A DNA stretch of 32,000 nt. Origin: Candidatus Velamenicoccus archaeovorus. GTDB lineage: Bacteria; Omnitrophota; Gorgyraeia; Velamenicoccales; Velamenicoccaceae. Below are positions 29,813 through 32,000 of the stretch, in pieces. The notes below the pieces were generated by a model. That model searched no databases and was not told the DNA's origin. It saw only the letters and a list, made by a program, of their open reading frames with translations. The stretch is taken from the NCBI RefSeq assembly GCF_004102945.1, contig NZ_CP019384.1, positions 1,680,001-1,712,000 on the forward strand, in the 5' to 3' direction. Position 1 is the stretch's first letter. Each line of letters opens with the position of its first letter. The translations under genes and the position numbers were made by a program.

Positions 29813-32000
29813 TTACTTTTCTTCCAGGATCACTTGCTGGTTCAACTGGGACGCGATATGTTCGACGATCCTTTTGTATTCCGCGTAATCCTCCACCGTC
29901 ACGTCGCGCCTCTTGACTTCCAGAACATAAACATAACGCAAATGACGGCTGTCGGTCATCCCGTAGCGGCTCGACAAGGAAAACCACGGCGTGTCCGCCA
30001 TGACGGGGTTGGGGAGATATTTTACCGCAAGACGGTCGGGTAATTCAACTTCCAATTCATCTTCTTCTACGCGCAGGCCGCCGGTTTGCAAGGGATAGCG
30101 GCGCGCCTCCCTGGCGACAACCGACGTATCGAATCCGCTCATCTGGCTCATGATGCGCGACCGCCCCGCCTTGATGAAATATCTGGGGGCTTCAAAACGG
30201 TAAAAGAAAATAACAGGATCTTCAAGGCTGTCAGCGTTCTTGATCGTATAATCGAGAAGACGGCCATTTTCGGAAATGGAACGCACCCTCTGCTTGATGC
30301 TCTCCTCGATAAGGGAGGGCATCGTGAATCTCAGCCAATACCGCTGGGCCTGAAGGAAGAAACCTTCCGTCTGGAGCCTTCGCTCGCCCAGAATGGACTC
30401 GTCCTTGCGGACTTCGATCTTTGTCTTCGTCACGGCGCGGTTATGGGAAGGCTCGAACAACGGCGTTTTTACCAACTCGTAATCCTGGGGATAGAAAACA
30501 AGGACCAGCCTGTCCTGGTCCGGCTCCGGCAGGTCCCCGAAAGATGTCGTGGAAGCCGTGGCATCCATAAAAACCAGCCGCCCCCTCACTTTGACCGCGG
30601 CAATCGCATGGTTGAACAAAAGACTCGGAAGGTCCTCCTGATTATCCAGTTCGTCATCCGTCGAGATCAAGACAGGATATGCCTCGATACCGGCCTTCTT
30701 CAACATCGCGACAAGCAGGATAGCTTTGTCCTTGCAGTCTCCGTATTTATTGCGGAATATCTCCGGGGCCTCATGGGGCTCATAACCGGCATCGCCGTAT
30801 TCCACCGCCACATAGCGGATCTCCTGCGCGCAATAATCATAGATGACGCGGATCCTTTCTTCTTCCGTCTTTTTGCCTTTCACCAGCTCCTCGACCTTGG
30901 CGGCGATCGCGGCATCCGCGCGGATCTTGTCCTGATAGAGATCACGCCACCAGCGATAGATCTCCTCCCAGCTTGCAAACGTCGTCCACAGGACATAGGG
31001 GTTGATCTTGGAAACAGGCGGCATGGACGGCTCCGGGATGATCTGCGGCACATCCCTGAACTCCAGGGCATAAATACGGCTGTTTCCTGTCTCGCGGACC
31101 TGGGGCGTCATCGTGAAGCCGAACGTATTGTAGCCGGCGTTGACCACCTTATAGCGCAATTGCCGATCCCTGGGAACGGCAAGGGAAACGCGCTGCAAAA
31201 GGACCGGCTCGTCCATCTGGAGCCAATAAACACTGTCAAAATCCTTCTTGTTGGGAAGTTTGGTCTGCAGGATCCTCACCTTATATTCGATGACACACCC
31301 CGGCGCCACCTCGGGCATGGAAATGATGCGGGCCCGCGCGTTGCTGTAAAGAGGATAATTCAGGTAGAGCGAGACATCCCTGATGTTTTTGTCGCCGACG
31401 GATATGACCGTGCCGTCCGGCCGGATGGTGCGGGCATACTCAAGCTCCACGGTCTCGTAGGTCGAATCGTATGGCAGCGTCACCTCGCCATAACCCTCCT
31501 TGCCGCGGTCGTTCAATATCTTGACGACATAATGAAGTTCGGATTCAACCTGGAAGTTTTCCGTCAGACGGATCGCTTCGTCCGCCAAAAGATACAGGAC
31601 GCTGGCATCCGGATAGGCCTCGGCCGCAGGGCTCTTTTCGATCAAAGAACGGACCTCGGGCGAAACGCCGGAAAAACGCGCCTCCGGCATAGACAGGCCG
31701 ATGAGGGCGATGCGCTCCCGCGCGCGGGCGCCGAACCCGGGATCCTCCTGGATGCGGCGATAGATTTTTAGCGCCTGGTCGTAGAGATTGGATTTCTCTA
31801 AAGTCATGGCGTAATAATACAGATAATCAGGGGCCCCTTCTTCGCCCAGGCGATTAAAGACATCGAGGGCCCGGGTGTATTCGCCGTTCTGGAAAAAGGC
31901 CTCGGCGAGGAGCGACTGGGATTGAGGCGAGCGGCCGTTTTTCAGGCACTCTATCGCAAGACCAAAACGCCCCATGTTCAGGTAGAGGCGCCCCAGCTTG
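29813..32000 (-). CDS. TPR + DUF3857-like + transglutaminase-like core + DUF3858-like protein (5' end outside the window)
   Basis: Transglutaminase-like Cys-His-Asp core: YGDCKDKAILLVAMLKKAGIEAYPVLIS, LFNHAIAAV, VFMDAT. N-terminal TPRs. The frame stays open from M at 31975 to the window edge (KLGRLYLN-M), so the gene continues beyond 32000. Confidence 0.8.
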   Translation of the reverse strand, partial: KLGRLYLNMGRFGLAIECLKNGRSPQSQSLLAEAFFQNGEYTRALDVFNRLGEEGAPDYLYYYAMTLEKSNLYDQALKIYRRIQEDPGFGARARERIALIGLSMPEARFSGVSPEVRSLIEKSPAAEAYPDASVLYLLADEAIRLTENFQVESELHYVVKILNDRGKEGYGEVTLPYDSTYETVELEYARTIRPDGTVISVGDKNIRDVSLYLNYPLYSNARARIISMPEVAPGCVIEYKVRILQTKLPNKKDFDSVYWLQMDEPVLLQRVSLAVPRDRQLRYKVVNAGYNTFGFTMTPQVRETGNSRIYALEFRDVPQIIPEPSMPPVSKINPYVLWTTFASWEEIYRWWRDLYQDKIRADAAIAAKVEELVKGKKTEEERIRVIYDYCAQEIRYVAVEYGDAGYEPHEAPEIFRNKYGDCKDKAILLVAMLKKAGIEAYPVLISTDDELDNQEDLPSLLFNHAIAAVKVRGRLVFMDATASTTSFGDLPEPDQDRLVLVFYPQDYELVKTPLFEPSHNRAVTKTKIEVRKDESILGERRLQTEGFFLQAQRYWLRFTMPSLIEESIKQRVRSISENGRLLDYTIKNADSLEDPVIFFYRFEAPRYFIKAGRSRIMSQMSGFDTSVVAREARRYPLQTGGLRVEEDELEVELPDRLAVKYLPNPVMADTPWFSLSSRYGMTDSRHLRYVYVLEVKRRDVTVEDYAEYKRIVEHIASQLNQQVILEEK

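Noticed and set aside
1-32000. Mobile genetic element, prophage, toxin-antitoxin or defence island
   Set aside because: I recognised no transposase, integrase, recombinase, phage structural, restriction-modification, Cas, or abortive-infection-type domains in any frame. The composition looks uniform, and the flanking genes are core housekeeping genes.

Overview
This window is a 32-kb, roughly 55% GC, gene-dense piece of a bacterial chromosome. It shows diderm features (an OmpA-like lipoprotein, an outer-membrane beta-barrel) and anaerobe-type genes (a KamA-family radical-SAM enzyme, a desulforedoxin-like mini-protein). The lineage cannot be assigned from this window alone. All 27 protein genes I can support lie on the minus strand, in long operon-like runs with many 4-30 nt overlaps. 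Reading the minus strand from 32000 to 1, the genes are: TPR/DUF3857/transglutaminase-like protein (5' end outside the window), small TPR protein, Ste24-type M48 protease, PilZ-TM-coiled-coil-periplasmic domain protein, EndoIII-like HhH-GPD glycosylase, GT-C-type membrane protein, era, M20 peptidase, PAC2-family protein, HAD hydrolase, ABC ATPase plus ABC-2 permease, Ddl-family ATP-grasp ligase, KamA-family aminomutase, an EF-G paralogue with DTPGY instead of DTPGH, a P-loop-less YchF-like protein, purH, folC, mnmE, folE, desulforedoxin-like mini-protein, PPC/DUF296 protein, thioredoxin-fold protein, OmpA-like lipoprotein, TMTC-like GT-C/TPR protein, OM beta-barrel, and a CHASE4 sensor (3' end outside the window and absent from the ORF track). 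I saw no rRNA, tRNA, CRISPR, transposase, integrase, phage or recognisable defence genes. The most unusual content is non-coding. A family of mosaic hairpin repeats fills a 780-bp ORF-free island (5964-6743) and recurs at 15605-15775 and 17212-17491, and in degenerate form at 10992-11156. The family has long imperfect hairpins with the frame AACTCCGAG / variable stem / GAAAATTT / GC-rich apex / AAATTTYC / stem / CGAGGAGTNAA. It also has short hairpins with conserved loops, and Shine-Dalgarno-like TTAAGGAA boxes. Copies share a 40-nt identical block, show compensatory stem substitutions, and one carries a nested 44-nt insertion. They lie in 5' leaders and intercistronic spacers of minus-strand genes. 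The second lead is a KamA plus Ddl-like ATP-grasp operon next to two atypical translation-GTPase paralogues that share the same leader hairpin. All product calls come from motif recognition by eye. No database search, folding program or statistics were run.
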